A DNA stretch of 19,330 bases, taken from Clostridia bacterium. Lineage in GTDB: Bacteria; Bacillota; Clostridia; UMGS1883. Position numbers and translations under genes: made by a program. A model generated the notes under the pieces. The model was not told the DNA's origin. It did not search any database and saw only the letters and a program-made list of their open reading frames with translations. The stretch covers positions 1 to 19,330 of the forward strand of contig JBJDXJ010000010.1 in NCBI GenBank assembly GCA_051866635.1. The letters run 5' to 3'. This document shows, in pieces, positions 1 through 9,300 of the stretch. Position 1 is the stretch's first letter. Each line of letters starts with the position of its first letter.

Positions 1-20
1 ATATACTACCTTTCCGCACA

Positions 21-50
21 AAATCGGAAAATGCTTACATTTTCCGATTT
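21..50 (-). terminator. Intrinsic terminator-like hairpin downstream of prs
   Basis: Perfect 13-bp inverted repeat AAATCGGAAAATG-ctta-CATTTTCCGATTT, 10 nt past the prs stop. A further RBS-like GGAAAGG follows on the minus strand (9-15) for a gene starting at the window edge. Confidence 0.7.
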
Positions 51-60
51 AAAGTTTTAT

Positions 61-1038
61 TTATTTACTTGAAATATCTGTTGAAGGAGCAAAAAGAGGA
101 CTGATAGATTCATCTTCGTAAATTTTTTCAATTGCATCGGCAAAAAGCTTTGCTACTGAAATTACCTTTATGTTTTCAGCCTTCTTCTCTTCGGGAAGCT
201 CAATGGTATCAAGAACAACCAATTCCTTAATGGGAGAATCTGCAATTCTCTCCATTGCGGGACCTGAAAGCACAGGATGTGTACAGCAAGCATAAACTTC
301 CTTTGCACCTCTGTCTATAAGTGCCTTTGCACCGTGAGTAATAGTACCGGCAGTGTCAATCATATCATCAACCAGGATAACCCTTTTATCCTTAATATCG
401 CCGATAATATTCATAACTTCACTTACATTTGGTCGAGGCCTGCGTTTATCAATAATTGCAATAGGCGTATCAATAATTCTTGCAAAGTTTCTTGCCCTTG
501 TAACACTACCGAAGTCTGGAGAGACAACAACAACATCTTCCATTGATTCAAACTTATTAAGATAATAAGGTGCAAGAAGAGGAACACCCAAAAGGTGGTC
601 AACGGGAATATCGAAAAATCCCTGAATTTGAGCTGCGTGAAGGTCCATAGTAAGAACCCTTGTTGCACCGGCAGCCGTAATAAGATTTGCCACTAATTTA
701 GCTGTAATCGGATCTCTCGCTTTTGCTTTTCTGTCCTGTCTTGCGTAGCCAAAGTAAGGCATAACCGCAACAATTCTGCCGGCAGATGCACGTTTGCAGG
801 CATCAATCATTACCAAAAGCTCCATAAGATGATCATTTACAGGGTCACATGTGGACTGAATAATGAATACATCGCTGCCACGGACGGTTTCATCTAAGTT
901 TACAAAGATTTCGCCGTCAGAGAATTTACCCACTTTATTTGCCGAAAGAGGCAAATTAAGATGATTGGCAATACTTGCCGCCAGATTAGGGTTGGAATTT
1001 GCTGAAAAAATCTTGATGTTCTTTGAATTGTGTAACAT
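61..1038 (-). CDS. prs: Ribose-phosphate pyrophosphokinase
   Basis: Motifs [59 protein letters not shown] at 1046-1050. Follows glmU as expected. Confidence 0.98.
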   Translation of the reverse strand: MLHNSKNIKIFSANSNPNLAASIANHLNLPLSANKVGKFSDGEIFVNLDETVRGSDVFIIQSTCDPVNDHLMELLVMIDACKRASAGRIVAVMPYFGYARQDRKAKARDPITAKLVANLITAAGATRVLTMDLHAAQIQGFFDIPVDHLLGVPLLAPYYLNKFESMEDVVVVSPDFGSVTRARNFARIIDTPIAIIDKRRPRPNVSEVMNIIGDIKDKRVILVDDMIDTAGTITHGAKALIDRGAKEVYACCTHPVLSGPAMERIADSPIKELVVLDTIELPEEKKAENIKVISVAKLFADAIEKIYEDESISPLFAPSTDISSK

Positions 1039-1061
1039 TACTGCTCCTCCGTTTAATGCTT

Positions 1062-2423
1062 TTACTTTTGTCGTTTGTCCTTCCAGTTGTTCTTTATTAC
1101 CTGCCTGCTTCTTGCAATGGCAAGTGCATTTTCAGGCACTTCATCGGTAATAGTAGAACCTGCGGCAACATAGGCATTATCGTTTATAGTAACAGGTGAA
1201 ACAAGGTTCGAGTTACAACCGATAAATGCATTATCGCCAATAGTTGTTTTATATTTATTTTTACCGTCATAATTAACGATAACTGTACCACAGCCAAAAT
1301 TAACATTACGACCAACAGAGGCATCGCCGATATATGTCAGATGACTTACCTTCGTGCCGTCGCCCAAAGTTGCATTTTTAAGCTCTACAAAATCTCCAAC
1401 CTTACAATCAGAACCGACATTGCTGTTGGGTCTTAAATATGCATACGGCCCCACATGTGTTCTTTCGCCTACACAGCTGTCCGTTATGGTGGAATGATAA
1501 ACATCACAACAATCCCCTACTGTGCTGTTTGATATACGGCAATCGGGTCCGACTAAAACATTTTTTCCGATTACACTACCTTTTTGAAGCATGGCACCGG
1601 GATACACCACCGAATCCTGCCCTATTGTAACAGTACAATCAATATAAGTATTATCCAAATCAATTATGGTCACACCGTTTAAGGCGTGCTGTGTGTTTAT
1701 TCTCTTACGCATAACACTCTCTGCACAAGAGAGCTGAACCCGGTCATTTACGCCTGAGATTTCAACAGAATCTTCAACTGTAAATGCTCCTACCTTCAGA
1801 TTTTTGTCTTTCATAACAGCAATTGTATCTGTAAGGTAATACTCACCCTGAGCATTATCGTTTGTGATAAAATTCAAAGCGGATATAAGGTGCTTTGAAT
1901 TAAAGCAATACATACCTGAATTGATTTCACAAACCTTCTGTTCGTCTTCTGAAGCATCCTTTTGTTCAACAATGTATGAAACATCGCCCTTTTCATCACG
2001 TATAATTCTTCCGTACCCGAAAGGATTATCAATTACAGAAGTGAGCACCGTGCAAGCATTTTTGTTTTCTTCATGCATTTTCATGGCAGAAGAAAGGGTT
2101 AATGCTGTAATTAAAGGCGTATCTCCCGCCAGAACAAGTATGTTTTCGGAGTTTTCGATAAATTCCTTTGCCTGCATAACTGCATGACCTGTTCCCTTTT
2201 GTTCCGCCTGGGTAACATAAAGTGCTTTATCTCCAACAGCCGCTTTTACCATTTCAGCCTTATGTCCAACTACAACACAGCATTTGTCAATACCGGCTTT
2301 TATCGCTTCATCGATTACGTGGTTAACCATTTCTTTACCGCAAACTTCAAAAACAACCTTGGACTTTTCTGACTTCATTCTCTTCCCTTCGCCTGCCGCA
2401 AGGACAACAAGAGAAAAACTCAT
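1062..2423 (-). CDS. glmU: Bifunctional UDP-GlcNAc pyrophosphorylase / glucosamine-1-phosphate acetyltransferase
   Basis: [41 protein letters not shown] and C-terminal hexapeptide repeats. Start moved to ATG at 2423 (MSFSLVV), which has an AGGAGA RBS at 2431-2436. Confidence 0.97.
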   Translation of the reverse strand: MSFSLVVLAAGEGKRMKSEKSKVVFEVCGKEMVNHVIDEAIKAGIDKCCVVVGHKAEMVKAAVGDKALYVTQAEQKGTGHAVMQAKEFIENSENILVLAGDTPLITALTLSSAMKMHEENKNACTVLTSVIDNPFGYGRIIRDEKGDVSYIVEQKDASEDEQKVCEINSGMYCFNSKHLISALNFITNDNAQGEYYLTDTIAVMKDKNLKVGAFTVEDSVEISGVNDRVQLSCAESVMRKRINTQHALNGVTIIDLDNTYIDCTVTIGQDSVVYPGAMLQKGSVIGKNVLVGPDCRISNSTVGDCCDVYHSTITDSCVGERTHVGPYAYLRPNSNVGSDCKVGDFVELKNATLGDGTKVSHLTYIGDASVGRNVNFGCGTVIVNYDGKNKYKTTIGDNAFIGCNSNLVSPVTINDNAYVAAGSTITDEVPENALAIARSRQVIKNNWKDKRQK

Positions 2424-2460
2424 ATAAACATCTCCTATAAATTTGTTTAACAACACCAAG

Positions 2461-2494
2461 AAAAAAGGCAAGCAAAGAAAGGCTTGCCTTTTTT
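2461..2494 (-). terminator. Intrinsic terminator after spoVG
   Basis: Perfect 13-bp inverted repeat AAAAAAGGCAAGC / GCTTGCCTTTTTT, 10 nt past the spoVG stop, with a T6 tract on both strands. Confidence 0.8.
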
Positions 2495-2504
2495 AACAAG
2501 CTAA

Positions 2505-2774
2505 TTAAGCATTCCTCTCCTTCAGAGCTTCCTCATACTTTTCCAAAATGGCACTCTGAAGTGTTTCGCGGAACTGGCTTGTAATGGGATGAACAATATC
2601 CTTATACTCACCCTCTGCGTTTTTTCTGCTGGGCATAGCTACAAACATTTTTTCAACGCCTTCTATAACCTTGATGTCATGAATAACGAGCATGTCATCA
2701 AGAGTTACAGAAACAATAGCCTTCATTTTCCCGCCTGTAGCCATGTTTCTTATCCTGATATCTGTGATTTTCAA
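2505..2774 (-). CDS. spoVG: Septation regulator SpoVG
   Basis: MKITDIRIR...[22 protein letters not shown]...FVAMPSRK...[13 protein letters not shown] start with GGAGG RBS. Canonical spoVG-glmU-prs order. Confidence 0.97.
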   Translation of the reverse strand: MKITDIRIRNMATGGKMKAIVSVTLDDMLVIHDIKVIEGVEKMFVAMPSRKNAEGEYKDIVHPITSQFRETLQSAILEKYEEALKERNA

Positions 2775-2841
2775 AATTATTCCCTCCTAAAATTCTTTAA
2801 TCAAGTTGTAAAAATACCCTTGATTTTTTATCCATAATTGT

Positions 2842-2870
2842 ATAATATCAAAGTAGTGAGAATTTTTCAA
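2842..2870 (-). promoter_or_regulatory. Putative sigma-A promoter for spoVG-glmU-prs
   Basis: Minus strand TTGAAA (2870-2865), 17-nt spacer ending TGA, TATTAT (2847-2842); extended -10. Confidence 0.55.
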
Positions 2871-2890
2871 TAGTATTTGTTAAATTTTTT

Positions 2891-2899
2891 TGATATAAT
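2891..2899 (+). promoter_or_regulatory. Putative extended -10 promoter for murC
   Basis: TGaTATAAT about 35 nt upstream of the murC ATG. Only a weak -35. A second TATAAT lies at 2841-2846. Confidence 0.4.
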
Positions 2900-2933
2900 A
2901 TTTAAGAAATATTGTTTTGTGGAGGAAAATGAT

Positions 2934-4307
2934 ATGATTTCTAATATGCTATGTGAAGGTGCAAGGATTCATTTTATCGGCATAGGCGGCATCAGCATGA
3001 GTGCCCTTGCAAGAATTTTAATGGAAGACGGATGCATTGTATCAGGTTCTGATTCAAAGGAAAGTAATTTAACTAAACAGCTTGAGGCCTGTGGTGCTGA
3101 AATTTTCATAGGACACAGTAAGGAGCATATAACAAATCAGGATATTGTTGTTCATACTGCCGCAGTAAAATCCGACAACCCGGAAATTATTGCCGCAAAG
3201 GAAAAGGGCATTACCGTAATTGACCGTGCCAAGCTCTTAGGTGCCATTATGAAACGCTATGATGTTCCCGTTGCGATTTCAGGCACTCACGGAAAAACAA
3301 GTACAACAGGAATGATTTCACAGATTTTTCTTACGGCGGGAAAAGACCCTACAGTTACAATCGGTGGCGAGCTTGACGTTATAGGCGGCAATCTGCGTGT
3401 TGGTAAAAAGGAATATTTTATAGCTGAAGCATGTGAATATCACAGAAGCTTTTTACAGTTTGAACCTCGTTACAGTCTTATTTTGAATATAGAAGCAGAC
3501 CATCTTGATTACTTTAAGGATATTGACGATATCATTGAAGCTTTCGGCAGTTTCGCAGACAAAACATCTGAAAACGGAAGTGTAATCGCCAACGGTGATG
3601 ATGCAAATGTAAGAAAGGCACTCTCTTACACCAAAAAGCAGGCTGTAACCTTCGGCGTTAATTCTGACTGCAACTATAAAGGTGTAAATATACAATATGA
3701 CAAACTCAATTGTGCTACCTTTGACATATTGAAAAACGGAAAGCATTATACAACTGTCACCTTGTCGGTACCGGGTGTACACAGTGTTTATAACGCTCTT
3801 GCCGCATTTGCAACAGCAGATGTGTGCGGTATCGATAAAGATTTGATAACAGAAGCTTTGCATGAATTTGTTGGTGCTCACAGACGTTTTGAAAAGAAGG
3901 GCTATTATAACAACGCATTGATTGTAGACGATTACGCCCACCACCCTTCTGAAATCAATGCAACTCTTTCAACTGCATCAAAGATGGATTTTGAAAAAAT
4001 ATGGTGTGTTTTCCAGCCCCACACTTACACCAGAACAAAAATGCTTTTTAATGACTTTGTAAAAACATTTAAGAGCAATACCGCAAAGGTAATAATAACA
4101 GATATATACGCCGCAAGAGAAAAGGATACAGGTCTTATAAGTGCCAAAGATTTGGCAGATGAAATCCCGGGAGGCATATATTGCGGTTCCTTTGAAGAAG
4201 TTAAGGATTTTCTTCGTAAGAACATCTCCCCCAATGAACTTGTTATTACCATGGGCGCAGGTGATGTTTACAAAATAGGCGAAGAACTTTTACGTGAGGA
4301 AATGTAG
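2934..4307 (+). CDS. murC: UDP-N-acetylmuramate--L-alanine ligase
   Basis: IHFIGIGGISMSALA, AISGTHGKTSTT, EACEY, NIEADHLD, DDYAHHPSEI, FQPHTYTRT, TMGAGD. Start set at ATG 2934 after GGAGG (2921-2925). Confidence 0.97.
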   Translation: MISNMLCEGARIHFIGIGGISMSALARILMEDGCIVSGSDSKESNLTKQLEACGAEIFIGHSKEHITNQDIVVHTAAVKSDNPEIIAAKEKGITVIDRAKLLGAIMKRYDVPVAISGTHGKTSTTGMISQIFLTAGKDPTVTIGGELDVIGGNLRVGKKEYFIAEACEYHRSFLQFEPRYSLILNIEADHLDYFKDIDDIIEAFGSFADKTSENGSVIANGDDANVRKALSYTKKQAVTFGVNSDCNYKGVNIQYDKLNCATFDILKNGKHYTTVTLSVPGVHSVYNALAAFATADVCGIDKDLITEALHEFVGAHRRFEKKGYYNNALIVDDYAHHPSEINATLSTASKMDFEKIWCVFQPHTYTRTKMLFNDFVKTFKSNTAKVIITDIYAAREKDTGLISAKDLADEIPGGIYCGSFEEVKDFLRKNISPNELVITMGAGDVYKIGEELLREEM

Positions 4308-4308
4308 T

Positions 4309-6273
4309 ATGAAAAATATAGATTTAACTGCTGCTCAATTAAAAAACGTTGTCTTAAATGACAATATATACAGCTTTTCAAAAGATGGCGGCGAACTTCT
4401 GTGGCGTGGTGAAAAAGGGACTATTTGTTCTTATCCATGTAACAGAGAAGAATACATCGTTTTCGAAGTTACAAACCTTGGAAATTTTTCAACAAGTGTT
4501 ACTTTGAATTTCTGGGATACCGATAATTCAAGCAGTAATATTACAGTTAAAATAGGGCTTCTCCCATTGGTAAAGACTGTTGTTTCATTGAAGGAGGAAT
4601 CTTCCGAAGGCGGCGTTCTTTTCTTAAAAAGAAAACCCGGAAGATTAAAGACCGTTGTACTGGGAACACCTGTAAAGCTTAAAAACTTGACAGGTTTTTC
4701 TTTCGGTGTAGCCCCCTCTCCCTGTGATGTTTCCATCGAAATTCACAGTGCGTATATTTCCGAAACTGAACCTGAGTATACTGTTCCAAACGTAAAGCTT
4801 GTTGACAGTTTGGGACAGAAAAAAATTACAAATTGGGTTGGCAAAACAAAAGATGAAGACGAGATGAAAGATTATCTTTTGAAAGAATATGAAAAAGAAA
4901 CAAAGCCATTGGAAGGTTTTTCTCCCTATGGCGGTTGGCTTAACAAAAAATTTGAGGCTACAGGTTTCTTTGCCTTGGAAAAGGACAACGGTCGCTTTTG
5001 GTTAAAGGACCCTGAGGGTTATGCTTTTTTCAGTTGCGGATTAGACTGTGTAGGTGTGGACGGTGATTGTAATTTGACAGGTATAGAGTCTTTTTGCGAA
5101 TACCTGCCCGATAAAAACACCCCCGGATGGGTAAAGAACACCAATAACGGCGAAAGCTTTTTCAGCTGGCATAAGTATAATCTATATCGCACATTCGGTG
5201 AAAACTGGTACGATGCATGGACAAAGATTACAAAGCGTCGCCTTATTGAATGGGGCGAAAATACAGTTGCATGTTGGAGTGACATGAACTTTATAAAAAA
5301 TTCACGTCTCCCCTATGTACATATTTTGCACGGTTTCCCCCATACTTCTAAAAACATTTTCAGGGATTTTCCCGATGTTTTCAGTGAAGAATATAAAATT
5401 GAAAGTGAAAAATGGGCAAAGCAACTTGAAGATTTAAAAAATGATAAAAATATGATAGGCTACTTTATGAGTAACGAGCCTAACTGGGCATTTGCAGACA
5501 ATATAAATATTGCCCAAGTTACACTTGAAAGTGAAGAAAATTTTAAGTCAAAGGATTTCATTATAAATGCTTTAAAGGCGAAGTATGAATTTATTACAAG
5601 TCTTAATACTGCATGGAATACGGATTTTGCCTCTTTCAGCTCCTTGTATGATCCTTTGGATGAAGCTGTTTTAAATGACACGGCAAAAGATGACTTGTAC
5701 GAAATCACTTCGGAAATGATTCGTGAATTTATAAAGGTTCCCGCCCTTGCACTCAGAGAGGTTGACAGTAATCATCTGAATTTAGGTATGCGTTATGCAT
5801 GGGTTGCAAATAAACGTGTTACGGCGGGCTGTGAATATTTTGATGTATTCTCGTTTAACTGTTACCGTCACGACCCATATGACAGTATACAGAACATTGT
5901 AAATTTAACTAATATGCCCGTTATTATAGGCGAATTTCACTTTGGTGCTCTTGACCGTGGGCTTGATGCTACAGGTATACAGGCTGTTGCAAGTCAAAAA
6001 GACCGTGCTAAGGCATATCGCTATTATATGCACCGTGCGGCATCTCACCCATACTGTTTGGGTGCACATTATTTCACACTTAATGACCAAGGTTATTTAG
6101 GCAGATTTGATGGTGAAAATTATCAGATAGGCTTTGTTGATGTTTGCAATAAGGAATATCCCGAAATTACAGAAAGTGCAAAATTGACCCATAAAGAGGT
6201 TTATGCCGTTGCAAACGGTGACCTTTCACCAACAGATGAAAAACCTGTAGAAATTAATTCAATATGCTACTAA
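4309..6273 (+). CDS. GH50-like (beta-agarase / beta-galactosidase-like, clan GH-A) glycoside hydrolase with no signal peptide
   Basis: GH50-type blocks FWLKDPEGYAFFSCGLD, RLIEWGENTVACWSD, FPDVF, GYFMSNEPNW (acid/base NE), NHLNLGMRY, DVFSFNCY, PVIIGEFHFGALDRG (nucleophile E), GRFDGENYQIGFVDV. ATG at 4309 with GAGGA RBS at 4296-4300. Confidence 0.85.
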   Translation: MKNIDLTAAQLKNVVLNDNIYSFSKDGGELLWRGEKGTICSYPCNREEYIVFEVTNLGNFSTSVTLNFWDTDNSSSNITVKIGLLPLVKTVVSLKEESSEGGVLFLKRKPGRLKTVVLGTPVKLKNLTGFSFGVAPSPCDVSIEIHSAYISETEPEYTVPNVKLVDSLGQKKITNWVGKTKDEDEMKDYLLKEYEKETKPLEGFSPYGGWLNKKFEATGFFALEKDNGRFWLKDPEGYAFFSCGLDCVGVDGDCNLTGIESFCEYLPDKNTPGWVKNTNNGESFFSWHKYNLYRTFGENWYDAWTKITKRRLIEWGENTVACWSDMNFIKNSRLPYVHILHGFPHTSKNIFRDFPDVFSEEYKIESEKWAKQLEDLKNDKNMIGYFMSNEPNWAFADNINIAQVTLESEENFKSKDFIINALKAKYEFITSLNTAWNTDFASFSSLYDPLDEAVLNDTAKDDLYEITSEMIREFIKVPALALREVDSNHLNLGMRYAWVANKRVTAGCEYFDVFSFNCYRHDPYDSIQNIVNLTNMPVIIGEFHFGALDRGLDATGIQAVASQKDRAKAYRYYMHRAASHPYCLGAHYFTLNDQGYLGRFDGENYQIGFVDVCNKEYPEITESAKLTHKEVYAVANGDLSPTDEKPVEINSICY

Positions 6274-6308
6274 AAGAAAAGCTCCGCTATCTGGAGCTTT
6301 TCTTTTAG
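6270..6308. terminator. Bidirectional terminator hairpin 1 between convergent genes
   Basis: Perfect 16-bp inverted repeat CTAAAAGAAAAGCTCC / GGAGCTTTTCTTTTAG overlapping the GH50 stop codon. Confidence 0.85.
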
Positions 6309-6316
6309 AACGGAAA

Positions 6317-6343
6317 CGGAGAGCATTTCTGCTCTCCGCTTTT
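6317..6343. terminator. Terminator hairpin 2 between convergent genes
   Basis: 9-bp stem CGGAGAGCA-tttc-TGCTCTCCG followed by CTTTT, just past the lyase stop. Confidence 0.7.
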
Positions 6344-6346
6344 AAT

Positions 6347-9300
6347 TTAATTAAGCGTTCCTTCAATAGGTGTCATAATCGGTTTAAGCGAATCTTTAGA
6401 TTTCCATACAAATGCCTTGTATGTTACTGCATTTGCAACTGTTTTGTCAATAGTCACTGAAATCTGTTCATCACTGCCTGATTTTGACTCGACCTTAACA
6501 ATACTACCGTCAACATCATAATAAGCAACTGTAACTGTTGCATTTTCGCCATCGAAGGAAGTGTATACAGCACTGTCGCCCACTAATTCAAACTTAGTAA
6601 CCTTTTCTGTTGCTGTTTCAACGATAAGCTCGGGAACAAAGGTTGTATTTTCGGAATCATAGATAATATACTGCTGATCCACTGTTGTAAATACTGCAAA
6701 ATTAATACTTGCACTTTCTTTGATGTAATCTGTAACGTCAAAGGTCATATAAGTGCCATCATAACTACCTGCACCTATAGGCTCTGACGGAAGTGCAAAG
6801 CCTGATACATTGCCTCGTGACCAAATTTCAGGCAATGTATCTGCCGTATAGATTGCCGCACCGTTTGTACCGTTAGAGGAGTTGACGTGAAGCTTAACTT
6901 CTGCCTTTGTAACAACTGCACCTACAGGTACACTTACCTCAAAGCACATAACACCTGCACGCTTATACCATCTGTTATCTGTCATAAGACGGTTAGGATA
7001 ATCGCTTCCCGATTCGCTTGCAAAGTCCGTAAGTGAAGAGTCTGTTGCAGAACGCAAGGAGTCACCCTTTGTTGCATTATATGTTGTTTTGTTCAATACA
7101 GCTTCTGTATAAATAACATTTACAACAATATCGCTTCCATCAGCTACAGCACCAAGACCTTTTATTTCCTTAAAGAGATAAGCTGTTGAAGCTGTTTCAA
7201 TAACAGTTTCATACTTAATCTTGCTTTCAACAAGTATTTCACCAATAAGAAGTGCAGTTTTACTGCTTTCAGTGATAGAATTACCCTTATCGTCAACGTA
7301 ATTTATGGTAACTTCACTTGCTTCGCTGTCAAGTGCCAAAATCTCGTCTTCTGTAAGTGCATAATTGAATATCATAAAATCGTCAATATAGCCGTTGAAA
7401 TATTCGCCACTACCCCAGTTTGCCTTACCGATTTGGAAAATTGAATTATTGCCCAAAATATCGGAAAGTTTATAGCTTGATGCAAGTGTAGTCTTTTCAC
7501 CATCAACATACAGGGTTGTCTGATCCTCTTCAATTACAAGGGCAAATTTCTGCCATTCGTTCTGTTTTGTTGCAGTTTCAATACAATTAGGTCTGGAGCC
7601 TGAGTTGTTATATCTTTCGATTTTAATGCTGGTACCCCAGTTAATAACACCAACATAGTGTTCATTATTATAGGATTGTGCATTACTGTCCGGTGCCATA
7701 AATACTGACCATGATGTAGATGTTCCGGGAATTTTTGCATAAAATACGATAGTTACTTCATCAAGTCCCGTAAGAAGTGCATTTCCGTCAGCATCTGTGA
7801 TGTTAAGATAATTTGCACCTGTGCCGTCAAAATGCAAGCTCTTTCCACGCATAGCCTCGTCAGAAAGAATATTTTTGCCTGTAGCTGTAGCCTTAGCATA
7901 CTTTGTGGCAAAGCCTGTTTCCTCGTCATCAAATGTGAAATGAGCGAGCTTGCCGTCAAATTCTTCTGCACTATCTACATAAACAAGCTCAATCACATTT
8001 TCGGAAATTTTAGCAGATACTATGATAACATCGTCTGCATTATTAGAGTAGTTATAAACCTTGGATTCATAAATAATGCTGGACTTAGCATATTTACTGC
8101 CGTCAAATTCTTCTCCTATGCTTACTTCTACTGTTTCTTCTTCAGCGAGAGAAGTTCCGTTTTCTGCGACATGCTTAACAGTTACAAGACCAACTTTGTT
8201 ATAAACTGCACTGATTGTGTTTTCTCCCCGTACGGTCTTGCAGCTTAATGTAGAATTTTTCTCATCTAACACAAAGTATTCGTCATTATAAATAATAGTT
8301 TCGGGTGCTTTGTAAATATAGATTTCGCCCTCACCTATCTCTTCTGTGATAGAATTTGCAATTGTATTGCCGATATCTTCAATAAATTCAACAGTAACAA
8401 TTGTTGCAACTGCATCCTCATTTACGATTTCTTCAAGCTCATAAAGTTCAAAATCACTAAGGTAAAGTCTGCCTGTATCAGTCCATGCAAAGAAACTGAG
8501 CATTATGTGCTCTGCATCTTCGGGAGCGTTGAACACAAATTCCTTATGGTTCATGCCTTGATTGTACAAGTCATCTGCTCTTGTGACACTGCCTCCGATT
8601 TGCTCGTTTGAGGCTTCTGAAGACCATGAGTTCATACCACCGTAAGTATTATAGTTGTAGTATGAAAGTCCGTTAAAGTTTCCATATACAGGAGAGCCTT
8701 TTGTCAATACAGCGGCAGACATCTGTGCATTGCCGGTTGTAGCTTCTGTTGCGTAAGCATAATAGGACAAGTAATAGCTCTTTCCGCCTTCAATAGGAAC
8801 AAATCGTCTCAATGTAGATGCTGCACTACCACCTGCACTGGCAGTATTTGTGAGAGACATAGACTCTCCGTGGGCATTTTGGGAAGATACTGTACCTGAG
8901 TACTGTGCACCTTCGGAAGCATTTGTCCAATCTGTTGTGCCGTCAGAAAAATCACCGTTTGTAATAATATTTTCACCAACAATGTTGTATTCCTTGCCGT
9001 TAAAGCTTATGTCACCGCTACCTGCAATATCAGTACTTCTTACGGCATAAACAACACCGTCAACTGCATTAAAGGGAATTTCTTCACCGTTTAATGTAAC
9101 GGAGGTAATACCGTCCATTGTAATAGCAATGGCGTTTTCGGTATCTGCCACAAGATTTTTGCTTTCAATTTCAAGAACACCGTCTGCTACACTAAGTGAC
9201 ATTGCTGTGATTGTGTTTTCGCTTTCAATCAGGCCTGAAATTTTGCTGCCATCAACGATTGCAATGAAATCTTCATCTTCGGTAACATATGCCATTTTAG

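Noticed and set aside
2424-2471. Longer glmU N-terminus from the ORF track
   Set aside because: It begins inside the terminator hairpin; the RBS supports ATG 2423. The longer starts for murC (2877), GH50 (4294), the lyase (11854) and ppa (14469) were rejected on the same RBS grounds.
277-2837. Short alternative-frame ORFs overlapping prs, glmU and spoVG
   Set aside because: Shadow ORFs of well-supported genes, with no RBS or recognisable motifs.
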